Below, one piece after another: positions 51,945 to 64,000 of a stretch of DNA of 64,000 nucleotides (the stretch's first letter is position 1; every line of letters begins with the position of its first letter). Origin of the DNA: Mobula hypostoma (taxonomy: Eukaryota); contig NC_086108.1 of NCBI RefSeq assembly GCF_963921235.1, positions 97,280,001 to 97,344,000 of the forward strand. The letters are read 5' to 3'. The position numbers and the translations under genes were made by a program. The notes under the pieces were generated by a model. It made no database searches and had not been told where the DNA came from. It was given only the letters and a program-made list of their open reading frames with translations.

Positions 51945-52230
51945 ATTTATTTAAGTACTTATTTTTATTTAGTGATACAGTGCGGAGTAGGCCCTTCTGG
52001 CCCTTAGGATCATGCTGCCCCAGCTACCCCACAACCCTAGTTAACCCTAACCTAACCACGGTACAATTTACAATGACCAATTATGCTAGCCGGTACATCT
52101 TCGGACTGTGGGCGGAAACCAGAGCACCCGAGGAAAACCCACGCATTCTATGGGGAGGACGTACAGAGATTCTTTATAGAATAGCGCCGGAATTGAACTC
52201 TGAAATGGTCTGAGTTGTAGCAGTGTCATA
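51945..52230 (-). mobile_element. HE1-like V-SINE
   Basis: caatttacaatgaccaatt..ggaaaccagagcacccgaggaaaacccacgc. Confidence 0.8.
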
Positions 52231-52469
52231 CATATCTATAAATTCACAAATAACACCACTGTTGCTGGTAAAATCTCAGATGGCACCAAGAAGATGACAG
52301 GAGTGAGACAGATCGGCTGGAATAGAAGCTTCAGGAATTAATTCTCCTTGTAACATGAGCTCCAAACTTGGCTTGTATAATGTTGAAGATTGTGATGAAG
52401 CACTATGTTGGGAGTTGCATTGGGCAGTACTTGTTGCACAACCAGCGATGAAATTTTGGGGAGGATATT

Positions 52470-53080
52470 TAGAACATAGAACATAGAATAGTACAGCACA
52501 TTACAGGCCCTTCAGCCCGCAATGTTTTGCCGACCCTCAAACCCTGCCTCCCATATAACCCCCCACCTTAAATTCCTCCATATACTGTCTCGTAGCCTCT
52601 AGATCTCTAGTCTCTATTGATCTGTATGGGACGGGGTGCAGTGGGGATGAGGGACAGTCAGGGTGACATTCACAAACATTAACAATATTCATATGAATCT
52701 CAAGAGAACTCAAATTACTGTCATGTCATAGAACGTAGAACGTAGCACTTTAAACATGCCATAGGCTTCACTAAGGTTACCCTTCATCCTTCTGAATTCC
52801 AGTGCGTAGAGGCCCAAAGCCATCAAACGCTCCTCATATGACAAGCCTTTCAGTCTCAGAATAATTTCTGTGAACCTCCTTTCGACCCTCTCTAATGTCA
52901 GCACAAACTTTCTCAGATAAGGGGCCCAAAACTGCTCACAATTCTCCCAAGTGAGGCCTCACCAGTGCTTTATAAAGTACCAACATTACATCCTTGCTTT
53001 TATATTCTAGTCCTCTCGAAATGAATGCCAAAATCGCATTTACCTTCCTCACCACTGACTCAACCTGCAAGTTAACCTTT
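52470..53080 (-). mobile_element. CR1 3' fragments
   Basis: (agaacat)n tail; LERVERRFTEII..LSYEERLMALGL. Confidence 0.8.
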
Positions 53081-53207
53081 AATCTACTCTATGATCAATC
53101 TAAATCGAGCATAGAACATACAACATTACAGATCAGTGCAGGATATTACTTAGTTGTTACTTGACTAACTGTAGGAATGACACTCCTTTTAGGACTCAGC
53201 CTTTACA

Positions 53208-53500
53208 CACTCAGTGGTCACATTATTAGGCACACCTGTACATCTGCATGTTAATGAAAATATCTAATCGGCCAATCGTGTGGCAGCAGCTCAATGCATA
53301 AAAGCATGCAGGCATGGTCAAGAGATTCAGCTGTTGTTCAGACCAAACATCAGAATGGGGAAGAAATGTGATCTAAGTGACAGTGGAATGATTGTTGGTG
53401 CCACACAGGGTGGTTTGAGTATCTCAGAAACTGCCGATATCCTGGGATTTTCACGCACAACTATCTCTAGAGTCTACAGAGAATGGTGTGAGAACCAAAA
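53208..53500 (+). mobile_element. Tc1-derived element, 5' part
   Basis: TIR cactcagtggtcacattattagg; MGKKCDLSD..GMIVGA..GLSISETADILGFSRTTISRVYREW. Confidence 0.88.
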
Positions 53501-53799
53501 AAGGTTCCTAACTAAAAGGTTTCTAATACAGTGGTCACGAATGTATATGAAAGGGCTAATACTAGATGGCATGAATTTACGGTGAGATGGGGAAAGTTCA
53601 AAGGAAATGCATGGGGGAAGTTATATTACACAGAGAACATTGGAAGCCTGGAATGCACTGCATTGCCGAAGGGTCTCGGCCTGAAGCGCCGACTATACTT
53701 TTTTCCCATGGATGTTGCCTGGCCTGCTGAATTCCTCCAGGATTCTGTGTGTGTTGCTTGGATCTCCAGCATCTGCAGATGTTCTCTTGTTTATGTACT

Positions 53800-54657
53800 G
53801 CATATTGTTAAATTTGAAGATGACACCAAGATTGGGGGTGTAGTGGTCAGTGAGGCAGACTATGAAAGTTTGCAGTGGAGTCTACACCAGCTGGAAAAAA
53901 TGGGCTGCAAAATGGCAGATGGAGTTTAATGCAGACAAGTGTGAGGTGTTGCACTTTGGGAGGACCAACAGTGAATGGTGTGGTAGAGCAAAGTGATCTG
54001 GAAAATAGGTCCATAATTCATTGAAAGCTAGGGTAGATAGTGTTGTAAAGAAATCTTTTGGCACATTGGCTTTCATAGATCAAAATATTGTGTACAGAAG
54101 TTGAGATGTTATGTTTAAATTGTCTAAGACGTTGGTGAGGCTGAATTTGGAGTATGGCGTGCATTTCTAGTCACATGCCAACAGCAAAGGTATCAGTAAG
54201 CTTGAAAGAGTGCAGTGAAAATTGACAAAGGTGTTGCTGGGACTTGAGGACCTGAGTTATAGTAAAGATTGAACAGGTTAGGGCTTTGTTTCCTGGAACA
54301 CTGGGGAATAAAGGGAGATCATAGAGGTCTACAGAATGATGAGGGATACAGATAGGGTAAATGCAAGCAAGCTTTTCCCGCGGAGGATGCGTGAGAATAG
54401 AACTAGAGGCTATAGATTAAGGGTGAAAGGTGAAATGTTTAAGTGGAACCTGAGGGGAAACCTCTTCACTCAGAGGGTGCTATGAGTGTGCCAATGGAAG
54501 TGGTGATGCGGGTTCACTTGCAACATTTAAGAGAACTTTGGATTTGTCAATGGGTGAGAGGGCTATGGGTCAATGGAACTAGGCAGAAAAGCAGGTTGGC
54601 ATGGACTAGATGGGATGAAAGGCCAGTTTCTCTGCTGCAGTACTCCTTGACTCTTTG
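53800..54657 (+). mobile_element. CR1 3' part
   Basis: KFEDDTKIGGVV..WQMEFNADKC motifs. Confidence 0.85.
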
Positions 54658-55409
54658 ACACTATTGGGGAGCCTAGAACTGTCCCTACATAAGCAAGCTT
54701 TAAGCTAGCATTTACAGTGTCTGACAGCTAGTTGATCTAAAGTGTTAAGGATGGCTGACAAGTTACACAGATTTCCACCTGGTAATGGCAAATGACCCAG
54801 ATAATATACTGGGAATAGATGCAGTGACACCTGGATCAAAAGAACACTGATGTGATTAAATCTGACATTGTTTGATACGAATCAATACAGAAGTGTTTGT
54901 ATGGAACCTGTAAAAGTGCATTGGGTTCGCACTGTGATGGGAACCAGAGCAGGTATTGTGAGGGAAAATTCAATTTTGTTCGATGGCAGGCTTCATGTGG
55001 GATAGAACAGGCCTTGCCTCAAATACTTGAGCAGAAAATTCTCCTTCATTATCTCCACCATTGTCGAATTAATTAGACTGCAGCTCACAGCAGAGAGATG
55101 AGATAAATGGCAGGGGGAGGGGAGACAGTTGGGGACGTGGGCTATGGTGTTTAGTGTGAAGCTTGAAGACAAAGGATGGATAGGGGAAGGAAGTGATAGG
55201 CAGGACTGGCCCAATTTCAGAAGGATTATGGGTTTAGGAGATGGCTGGTTGAACTGTGGGTCAGTTGAGGATGAGGGTTGGAGGGGGATGTGGGTATGAC
55301 ATCTAATCAGAGATCTTGGGTACTGAAGTCATCCTGGCAGGATGCGAGAGGGTTTGATATGAATATCAGGAAAATCACTTACATATCAACCTACCTGGTA
55401 GATTACAGA

Positions 55410-55700
55410 CATAAGAAATTCTGCAGATGCTGCAAATCAAGTGCAAGAGACACAAAAATACCGGAGGAACTCAGCAAGTCAGGCAGTCTCTGTGGAGAGC
55501 AATGAACAATTTCAGGTCAAGACCCTTCATCAGGGCTGGAAAGGAAGGGAGAAGAAGCTAGATTATAAAAGTTGGAGGAAGGGAAGCAGTACAAGGTGGC
55601 AGGTGATAGGTGAGACCAGGTGAGGGGAAAGGTGGGTGAGGGAGAGGGGATGAAGAAGGAAGTGGGAGGTGATAGGTGGAAGAGTGAAGGGCTGATGTTG
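55410..55700 (-). mobile_element. Penelope terminal fragment with degenerate hammerhead
   Basis: Minus strand cCTGATGAagggtcttgacctGAAA at ~55510-55534. Confidence 0.75.
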
Positions 55701-56039
55701 AACACAGTGGATTGTGGAGATGAGTGTGATAAGATCCAGCCTCCCTTAAATAAAATTGTTACAGGTTTCAAACCTTCATTGAGTGCCTATGGGTCATGTC
55801 TGTGCAGAATAATTTTGTGCTGTTGTCATCATAAAGAATACTGCCTGCTATTTGCAATTGCTGTACATCTTCAGTGGCTTCCAAACGCACAGAAGGTCAG
55901 AGGAACTTTCAGAAGTATGCACAATAAATCTTCAGATAAAATTAATTTTGCTAATGCACAGAAACGCTGGACTATGTGAGAGAGTTTCCCAGCCTCCTAC
56001 TTCAGAACAGAAAGCTTGACAGAATGAGGGACAGAAGTG

Positions 56040-56445
56040 AAAGGATTGAGGTGCATGATCATACGTTTCCCTGCACTATGTTCCATTTGCCACTTCTTTT
56101 CCCATTCTACCAAGCTGTCTAAGTCTAGCTGCAGACTCCCTGCTTCCTCAACATTGCCTACCGCTCCACCTACCTTCGTGTCATCCGCAAACCTGGCCAT
56201 AAAGCTAATGGTTCTATCATCCCAAGTCATTGGCGTACTGTTTAACGTGAAAAAGAATCGAACCCAACACTGACCCCTGTGGCACACTGGCAGCCAACCA
56301 GAAAAGGCCATCTTTATCCCCACTCTGGCTCCTGCCAGTCAGCTAATCTTTCATCCACGTTGGTATCTTCCCTGTAATACTATGGACTCTTATCTTGTTA
56401 AGCATCCCCATGTGCAGCACCTTGTCAAAGGCCTTCTGAAAATCT
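56040..56445 (-). mobile_element. CR1 RT fragment
   Basis: DFQKAFDKV, RFADDTKVGG, WEKKWQME. Confidence 0.85.
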
Positions 56446-56874
56446 ATGTGTCTTCAAAAAGGCACCTTGGCCTATTCAGGTGCAGGTTGTCGAGCTGAAA
56501 CGTTGTTTGTCCATATCCCTTCCTCAAGTCCTCCAGCAGAATGTTTTTGCTGCAATTCTCTTGAAGGCAGTTATGTGTTCTGTTTCCACTAAGCCTGGAG
56601 GGAGTGCACTCCAGATAGTAACTACTGTCTGAGTAAAAATACTCCCATTTCACAGGCCTTGCTTGTACTTTTTGCCCAATATCTTAAGTCTGCAGCTCCA
56701 GGCTATGTTATAGCTTCTCTGAATCGGAGAATTAGGGAAAACCTACGGTGCACAAGTCCATTTCTCCCATCACATCTGTGCCAGCTCAAAGAGGGTTACT
56801 CTGCCTACTCCAGCCCTTCGGCTGTGATGCTTCGCGACACTGAACATGCTTACCAGAATTTCCAGGACAAAATG

Positions 56875-57441
56875 CACTCAGTGGCCACTATATTGGGTAG
56901 ACCTGTACACCTCTCGTTGGTGCAAATTTCTAATCAATCTATCATGTAGTAGCAACTCAATACATACAAGCATGCAGACATTGTCAAAAGTTTCAGTTGC
57001 TGTACAGACAAAATGTTGGAATGGGGGTAAAGTGTGACCTTAGTGACTTTTGACTGTGGAATAAATGTTGGTGCCAGATGGGGTGGTTTGAATATCTCAG
57101 AAACTGCTGATCTCCTGAAATTTTCACAGATAACAGACTCTAGAGTTTCTAGAGAATAGTGTGAACAAAAAAAACATAGAGCGAATGACACTACTGTGGT
57201 AGAAAACACCTTGTTAATGAGAGAGGTCAGAGGAGAACGGCTAGACTGGTTCAAGCTGACAGGAAGGCAACAGTAACTCAAATAACCATGGACTACAACA
57301 GTGGCGTGTAGAAGAAACCTCTGAAGGCACAGCTTGTTAAATCTTGAAGTAGATGGGCTACAGCAGCAGAAGACCATGAATGTACACCCAGTGGCCATTT
57401 TATTAGGTACAGGAGATAACTAATAACATGGCCACTGAGTA
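56875..57441 (+). mobile_element. Tc1-derived non-autonomous element, complete
   Basis: TIRs cactcagtggccac and tggccactgagt; internal extra TIR at ~57385. Confidence 0.85.
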
Positions 57442-57894
57442 TATATTAGGATGCCCACCTGTGGCATGGATATTATATTTAAGTCTGCCTTGGCGCTTCT
57501 TTCATTGGTGTGTGTTGTGGGTTCATTGGGTCCTGTGAACCAGTTCTGATGTGAAATCGGTAACCAGCCCAAAATCTCAGGAGCATTTCAAGAGTTAGTA
57601 AGTTGATGTGGAGTTGGGAGAGGTTGATAATGAAGGATAACCTCGGTTAGTCAAAAGGTTGCAAGCATCTTTGCATCATTCTTCTGATCATCGTCTAACT
57701 GAAAAGACCTGGTCACTGCCCACAATCATCTACTTGTGAGGTTTGAGCATTTAAATTCTCGTCCTTTCAGTACCCACTCATTATCACTGCTGCTCTTCTC
57801 TTTATATCCTGTAACTGTGTCATCTCACTGAGATTAGAAGGAACTATACAATCATTTGTATTTCCTTTGGATTTAAAATCTGATTCTGTTTTTT

Positions 57895-58320
57895 AAGACC
57901 ATACAATAATAAGACAAAGGAGCAGAATTAAGCCATTCAGTCTATCGAGTCTGCTCTGCCATTCCATCATGGCTGTCAACCCCATTCTCCTAACTTCTTC
58001 CCAGAACCTTTGACGCCTTTACTAATCAAGAACCTATCAACCTCAACTTTAAATACACCAGATGACTTGGCCTCCACAATTGTCTGTGGCAATGAATTCC
58101 ATAGTTTCACCATCTGGCAAAAGAAATTCCTCCTCAGCTCTGTTCTCAAGGCACACTTTTCTATTCTGAAGTTGTGTGCTCTTTGTCCTATACCCCCCAC
58201 TAATAGGAAATATCCTCTCAACATCCACTCTATCTAGGCCTTTCAATAACCGATGGATTTCAATGAGATCTCCACTCATTCTGTTAAACTCCAGCGAGCA
58301 CAGGCCTAGAGCCATCACAA
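57895..58320 (-). mobile_element. CR1 3' end
   Basis: RTELRRNFFCQ..LWNSLPQ. Confidence 0.85.
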
Positions 58321-58399
58321 GCTCTCAAGCTCTCTTACCCAGTTATTTTAACTTGCTGTTTTGTGATGTACTCAGGCTATGCTTTTCCTTTTTTTTTTT

Positions 58400-59570
58400 G
58401 CAGTGTCCTTGAAACTAATCAATAAGCTCCAAGATCTAGGCCTCAATACCTCCTTGTGCAACTGGACCCTCCATTTCCTCACTTGCAAATGCCAGTCAGT
58501 TTGGATTGGCACCAATGTGTCCTCGACAGTTTCCATCAGCACAGATGCACCACAGGGCTGTATGCTTAGCCCCTCACTCTACTCGCTTTACTGTTGCAAC
58601 CATAAGGCTACGCACAGCTCCGATTCCATATTTAAATTTGCTGATGATGCCACTGCCATCGACCAAATCAAAGGTAGTGACAAATCAGCATATAGGAGGG
58701 AGATTGAAAATCTGGCTGAGTAGTGCCACAACAACAACCTGTCTCTCAATGTCAGCAAGACCAAGGAGCTGATTATTGACTTCAGGAGGAGAGAAACCAG
58801 AGGTCCATACGCCATCCCTCATTGGGGCCATCAGAGTTGGAGGGGCTCAGCAACTTTAAATTCCTTGGTGTTATCATTTCAAAGGATCTATTCTGGGCCC
58901 AGCATGTAAGTACACTTACAAAGAAAGCATGGTAGAAACTTTATTTCCTTCGAAGTTTGCGAAAATTCGGCATGATGTCTAAAACTTTGATAAACTTTTA
59001 TTAGAATGTGTTGGAGAGTATACTCACAGAATATCCTACAAAAAGTAGCAGAGCTGGGTCAGTTCATCACAGGTAAGGGCCTCCCCAACACTGAGCACTT
59101 CTACACCAAGTGTTGTTGCAGGAAAACAGCATCTATCATCATGGTCATGCTCCCCTCTCACTGCTGCCATCAGGAAGAAGACACAGGAGCCTCAGGACAC
59201 CCCACCAGGTTCAGGAGCAATTACTACCCCTCAACCACCGGGCTCTTGAACCAAAGGGGATAACTTCACTCAACTTCACTTGCCCCCCATCACTGAACTG
59301 TTCCAACAACCGATTAACTCACACTCAAGAACACTTCATCTCATGATATCTGTTGCTTATTTATTATTAATACTATTTCCTTTTTGTCTTCCATTTTTTT
59401 ACTTGCACAGTTTGCTGTATTTTGTACGTTGTTTGACCACTTGGTTGTCATGGTCCTTCATTGATTCCATTATGGTTATTGGATTGACTGAGTATGCCTG
59501 CATCCAATGAATCTCAGGGTTTATAGGGTGACACATATGTACCTTGATAATAAGCTTACTTTGGACTTTC
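58400..59570 (+). mobile_element. Rex1/Babar LINE 3' 1.2 kb
   Basis: [39 protein letters not shown]. Confidence 0.9.
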
Positions 59571-59964
59571 TAAAATATATAAATCTACCTTGCAAAACTG
59601 TGCGTGTTGGATCCTGATGCCTTTGCGATCTAAAGGTTCTTTGAAAGTCAAGAATGAGCATAAAACTTGTTGCTTATCATCGATTTATTAAGCATTATAA
59701 GAGCAAAGAGTAGATAGAAAGAAACATGCCGAGAAACAATGGAAAGAGTGAATGAATGTAGCATAGTCTTCTCATACCAGATTACTGATAAAAGAAATTC
59801 AATTGATAACTTTAACAAATACAATAAGCAGATTCAAATAATGTAACACCCACCATGGAAAACTAGAAGTTTCCGGGAAAAGTACAGACACAACTGTAAC
59901 CACTGGAAAATTCACTGAAGATGTACAGAGTACTCTTGCGGCCCCTCTCTCCCCCCCCCCCCCC

Positions 59965-62900
59965 AACAACAGGTATATCACATTGGATACTGTCGGGGGG
60001 GGGGGTGACCTAACAGAGGAAAGTCACAGAGGTCGAGTCTTTGGCCCTGAGTCTGCCTCTGTGACTCAGAAAGGAAGGGGGCAGAAGATGCATGCTGTAG
60101 TGATAGGGGATTCATTAGCTAGGGGAAGGGACAGGGAGTTCTCTGAGAACGAGATTCCTGGATGGCATATTGCCTCCTGGATGCCAGGCTCCAGGATATC
60201 TCAGATCGAGTCCTTAGCATTCTTAAGTGGAAGAGTGAACAGCCAGAAGTCGAAGTCCACAATGTCATGGGTAGGATGAGTGACAAGGTCCTGCAATGTA
60301 AGTTCAGGGAGTTACATGCTAAGTTAAAGGGCAAGATCTCCAGGGTTGCGATCTCAGGATTGCTAACCGTGCCACATACTGGTGAGGCCAGAACTAAGAA
60401 GTTTAGTACGTGCCTCAGGAGCTGGTGTAGGAGGGAGGGCATTAGATTTTTGGACCACTGGGCTCTCTTCCAGGGAAGGTGGGACCTGTACAAAAGGGAT
60501 GGCTTGCACCTGAACTGGAGGGGGACTAATATTCTAGTGGGAAGGTTTGTAATGCTGCACGGTGGGGTTTAAATGAAAGTTGCAGGGGGATGGGAACCAG
60601 AGTGCCAGAAGAATTAGTGGAGAGGTTGTGGCAGCAGATGTTGGTAAGACCTCACACAAAGTTAGGAATCAAAAGGTTAAGCATTGTGTGACTAGTGTCC
60701 TGAGCTGTGTATATTTCAATGCAAGAAGTATCATAGGAAAGGCAGATAATAGTGCTGAAGATGAGGTAGCTGGTTTACAAACAGAGGCAATATGTAGTGA
60801 GGAGTGGCTGTTGATAGGGCAAGATTGCAGTCAACAGGATGAGTGGCAATGTAAAACGTGGACAAAATCGAAAAGGGTGATTACAGTACCGTAGGCATTG
60901 TATTTGAATTGCACAGTAGATGGAATAAGATAGATGAACTATCAGTACAGTTGCAGATTAGCAGCTATGAATTTGTAGGCATCGCTGAATCATGGCTGAA
61001 AGAAGATTATATCTGGGAGCTTCCTGTTTAAGGATACACCTTGTATCGAAAGGGCAGGCAGACAGGCAGAGGTGGTGGCGTTGCTCTGTTGGTAAAAAAT
61101 GAAATCAAATCATTAGAAGGAGGTGTTATAGGGTGGGAAGATGTTGAATCATTGTGGATAGAACTAAGGAACTGTAACGGTAAAAAAACCCTGATGGGAA
61201 TTGTATACAGACCCCCAAACAGTAGTAAGGATGTTGCCTACAAATTACAAAGGGAGATAGAAAATGTATGCCAGAAGGACAATGTTACAATAATCATGGG
61301 GGATTTCAATATGCACATAGATTGGGAAAATCATGTTGATGCTGGATTCCAGGAGAGGGAATTTCTAGCGTGCCTATGAGATGGGTTTTTAGAGCAGCTT
61401 GTGGTTGAGCCCACGAGGGGATCAGTTATTCTGGATTGGGTGTTGTGCAATGAACCAAAATTGATTAGAGAGCTTAAGGTAAAAGAACCCTTCAGGGAGT
61501 GATCATAGTATGATCAAATTCACTCTGAAATTTGAGAGGAAGAAGCTAAAGTCAGATATATCAGTATTATAATGGAGTAAAGGGAATTACAGAGGCATGA
61601 GAGAGGAGTTGCCCAGAATTGATTGGAAAAGAAAACCAGCAGGGATGACGGCAGAGCAGCAATGGCTGGAATTTCTGGAAGCAATTTGGAAGGCACAGGA
61701 TATATACATTGCAAAGAGGAAGATATATTCTAAAAGAAAGATGACACAACTGTGGCCAACAAGAGAAGTCAACCGACATAAAAGCTTAAATGAGGGCATA
61801 TATTGGAGAGAAATTAGTAGGAAGTTAGAAGATTGGGGAGCTTTTAAAAACCAACAGAAGGCAAATAAAAATAGTCATTAAGGAGGCAAAGATGGAATAG
61901 GGAAGCAAGCTAGCCAATAATATTAAAAAGTATACCATAAGTTTCTTCAGGTACATAAAGTATAAAAGAAAGGCAAGAGTGGATATTGGACTGCTGGAAA
62001 ATGATGCTGGAGAGGTAGTAATGGGGCACAAGGAAATGGCGGATGAACTGTCAGTCTTCACTGTGGAAGACACTAACAGTATGGTGGAAGTTCCACTGGT
62101 CAGGGGTCATGAAGTGTGTGAAATTACCATAAGAAGAGAGAGAGTTCTTGGTAAACTGAAAGGTATGAATGTAGATAGGTACACCCCAGGGTTCTGAAAG
62201 AGGTGGCTGAAGGAATTGTGGAGGCATTAGTAATGATCTTTCAAGAATCACTGGATTTTGGAATTGTTCTGGAAGACTCAAAAATTGCAATTATCACTTC
62301 ACTCTTCAAGAAGGGAGAAAGGCAGAAGAAAGGAAACCATAGGCCAGTTAGTTTGACATCAGTGGTTGGGAAGATGTTGGAGTTGATTATTAACAATGAG
62401 TTCTCGGGCACTTGGAGGCACATGTTGAAACAGGCTGGTTTTCTCAAGAGAAAATCTTGCCTGACTGATCTGTTGGAATTCTTTGAAGAAATAACAAAAA
62501 GGATAAACAAAGGTGAATCAGTTGATGTGTACTCGGATTTTCAGAAGGCATTTGACAAGGTGCCACAGATGAAGCTGCTTAACAATCTATGTTCCTATGG
62601 TATTACAGGAAAGATTCTAGCATGGATAAGGCAGTGGCTCTTTGGCGGGATGCAAAGAAAGTGGGAATAAAGGGAGTCTTTTCTGGTTGGCTGCCGGAGA
62701 CACAAGGGTGTGTGTTGGGACCGATTCTTTATATGTTATATGTCAATGCTTTGGATGATGTAATTGATCGCTTGTGGCAAAGTTTGCAGATGATATGAAG
62801 ATAGCTGGAGGGGCAGGGATAGTTTTGAGGAAGTAGTGAGGCTACAGAAGGACTTAGAAGTCTTAGACAGATTAGGAGAATGGGCAAAGAAATGACAGAT

Positions 62901-63533
62901 GGAATATAGTGTCAGGAAGTCTATGGTCACGCACTTCGGTAGAAGAAATGAAAGGGTTGACTATTTTCTAAATGGAGAGTAAATACAAAAAAACTAAAGC
63001 ACAAAGGGTCTTGGGCGTGCTTGTTCAAGATCCTCTAAAGGTTAATTTGCAGGTTGAGTCTGTGTGAGGAAGGAAAATGCGATGTTAGCATTCATTTCAA
63101 GAGGACTAGAATATAAAAGCAAGGATGTAATGCTGAAACTTTATAAAGCACTGGTAAGGCCTCACTTGGAGTATTGTGAGCAGTTTTAGACCCCTTATCT
63201 TAGAAAGGATGTGCTGAAACTGGAGAGGGTTCAAAGGAGGTTCACGGAAATGATTCCAGGGTTGAATGTCTTGTCATATGAAGACCGTTTGATGGCTCTG
63301 TGAGAGTATTCACTAGAGTTCAGAACAGTGAGTGCTGACATCATTGAAACCTTTCAAATGGTGAAAGGCCTTGACAGAATGGATGTGAAGAGGATGTTTC
63401 TTATGGTGGGTGAGTCTAAGACCAGAGGAGAGGATACAGTCTCTGAATAGAGGGGCATCCTTTTAGCCAGAGAAAGGTGAATCTGTGGAATTCTTTGCCA
63501 CCATCAGCTGTGGAGGCCAAGTTCTTATGTATA
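59965..63533 (+). mobile_element. CR1 LINE, near full length, decayed (SGNH-esterase ORF1, APE and RT)
   Basis: VVIGDS and DGLHLN (esterase); YRPPNS and GDFN (APE); DFQKAFDKVP (RT); cut by an LTR at the 3' end. Confidence 0.92.
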
Positions 63534-64000
63534 TGTATGGGGTCTTTCTTTTGTTACATTTAAAATGGCGACTTTGTTATGTTAATCCGGGGAATGTGGC
63601 TTTGTTGTGCTTTAACGCTGAAGAGGGTTTGCGCTAGCAGTTTGTTTTACTTTAAATTGAGATAACAGGATTCTATTAGCCAATGGATGGTTATGTATCG
63701 TTTTGTTTTCGGATACCATGCTGTATGATATGACTGTGGACTGAGTTTTGGCGGGGAGTCGGAGGAGAGACGAGGAGGACCGCGGATGTGCGGAGAGGCT
63801 CCGGTCGATCACTAAGGGTGGTCCCGAGCCGTGAGTCGACGGAATTCGGGTGGTCGTCTGAAGTCGAATTGAGCTCCAACGTAGCGCGCGAAGAACTTGG
63901 ACTTTGGACTTTGATAAGTGTTGGCGCCTTTTTTTTCATTACTTTCCTCTCTGTATCAAATGTATATTAATGTAATAGAATTAGTAATATCTATAAAGTA
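63534..64000. mobile_element. Probable LTR, young, running off the window
   Basis: Begins TG exactly where the CR1 3' sequence breaks (gccaagttcttatgtata|tgtatgg); CpG-rich; ccaat box and aaaatggcg motif. Confidence 0.6.

Overview
Eukaryotic (vertebrate) non-coding DNA. The repeat content points to a cartilaginous fish, probably a batoid ray (inferred from HE1-type V-SINEs, SacSINE1-like Deu-SINEs and abundant CR1 and Rex1 LINEs). I found no intact host protein-coding gene, rRNA, true tRNA gene or CRISPR array. The ORFs I could assign are decayed transposon fragments or their antisense shadows; the remaining short ORFs resemble nothing I recognise. Well over half of the window is nested mobile DNA: CR1, Rex1/Babar, RTE-derived and R4/Dong LINEs, Penelope-like elements, a Gypsy LTR remnant, a young LTR at the right edge, Tc1/mariner/Tigger derivatives and several SINE families. 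The main items are: (i) minimal type-I hammerhead ribozymes in the Penelope termini, with one copy having an intact core at 19097-19134 (minus strand); (ii) two R4/Dong copies joined to the same nucleotide position of a V-SINE; (iii) a palindromic mariner MITE built from two 3' ends with five TIR copies; (iv) a modular CORE-type SINE head with three different tails; (v) a ~100-bp duplication flanking a Penelope insertion; (vi) TE-poor islands that may be conserved enhancers. Family assignments come from recognising motifs by eye, not from database searches, and boundaries are approximate unless a TSD or TIR is quoted.
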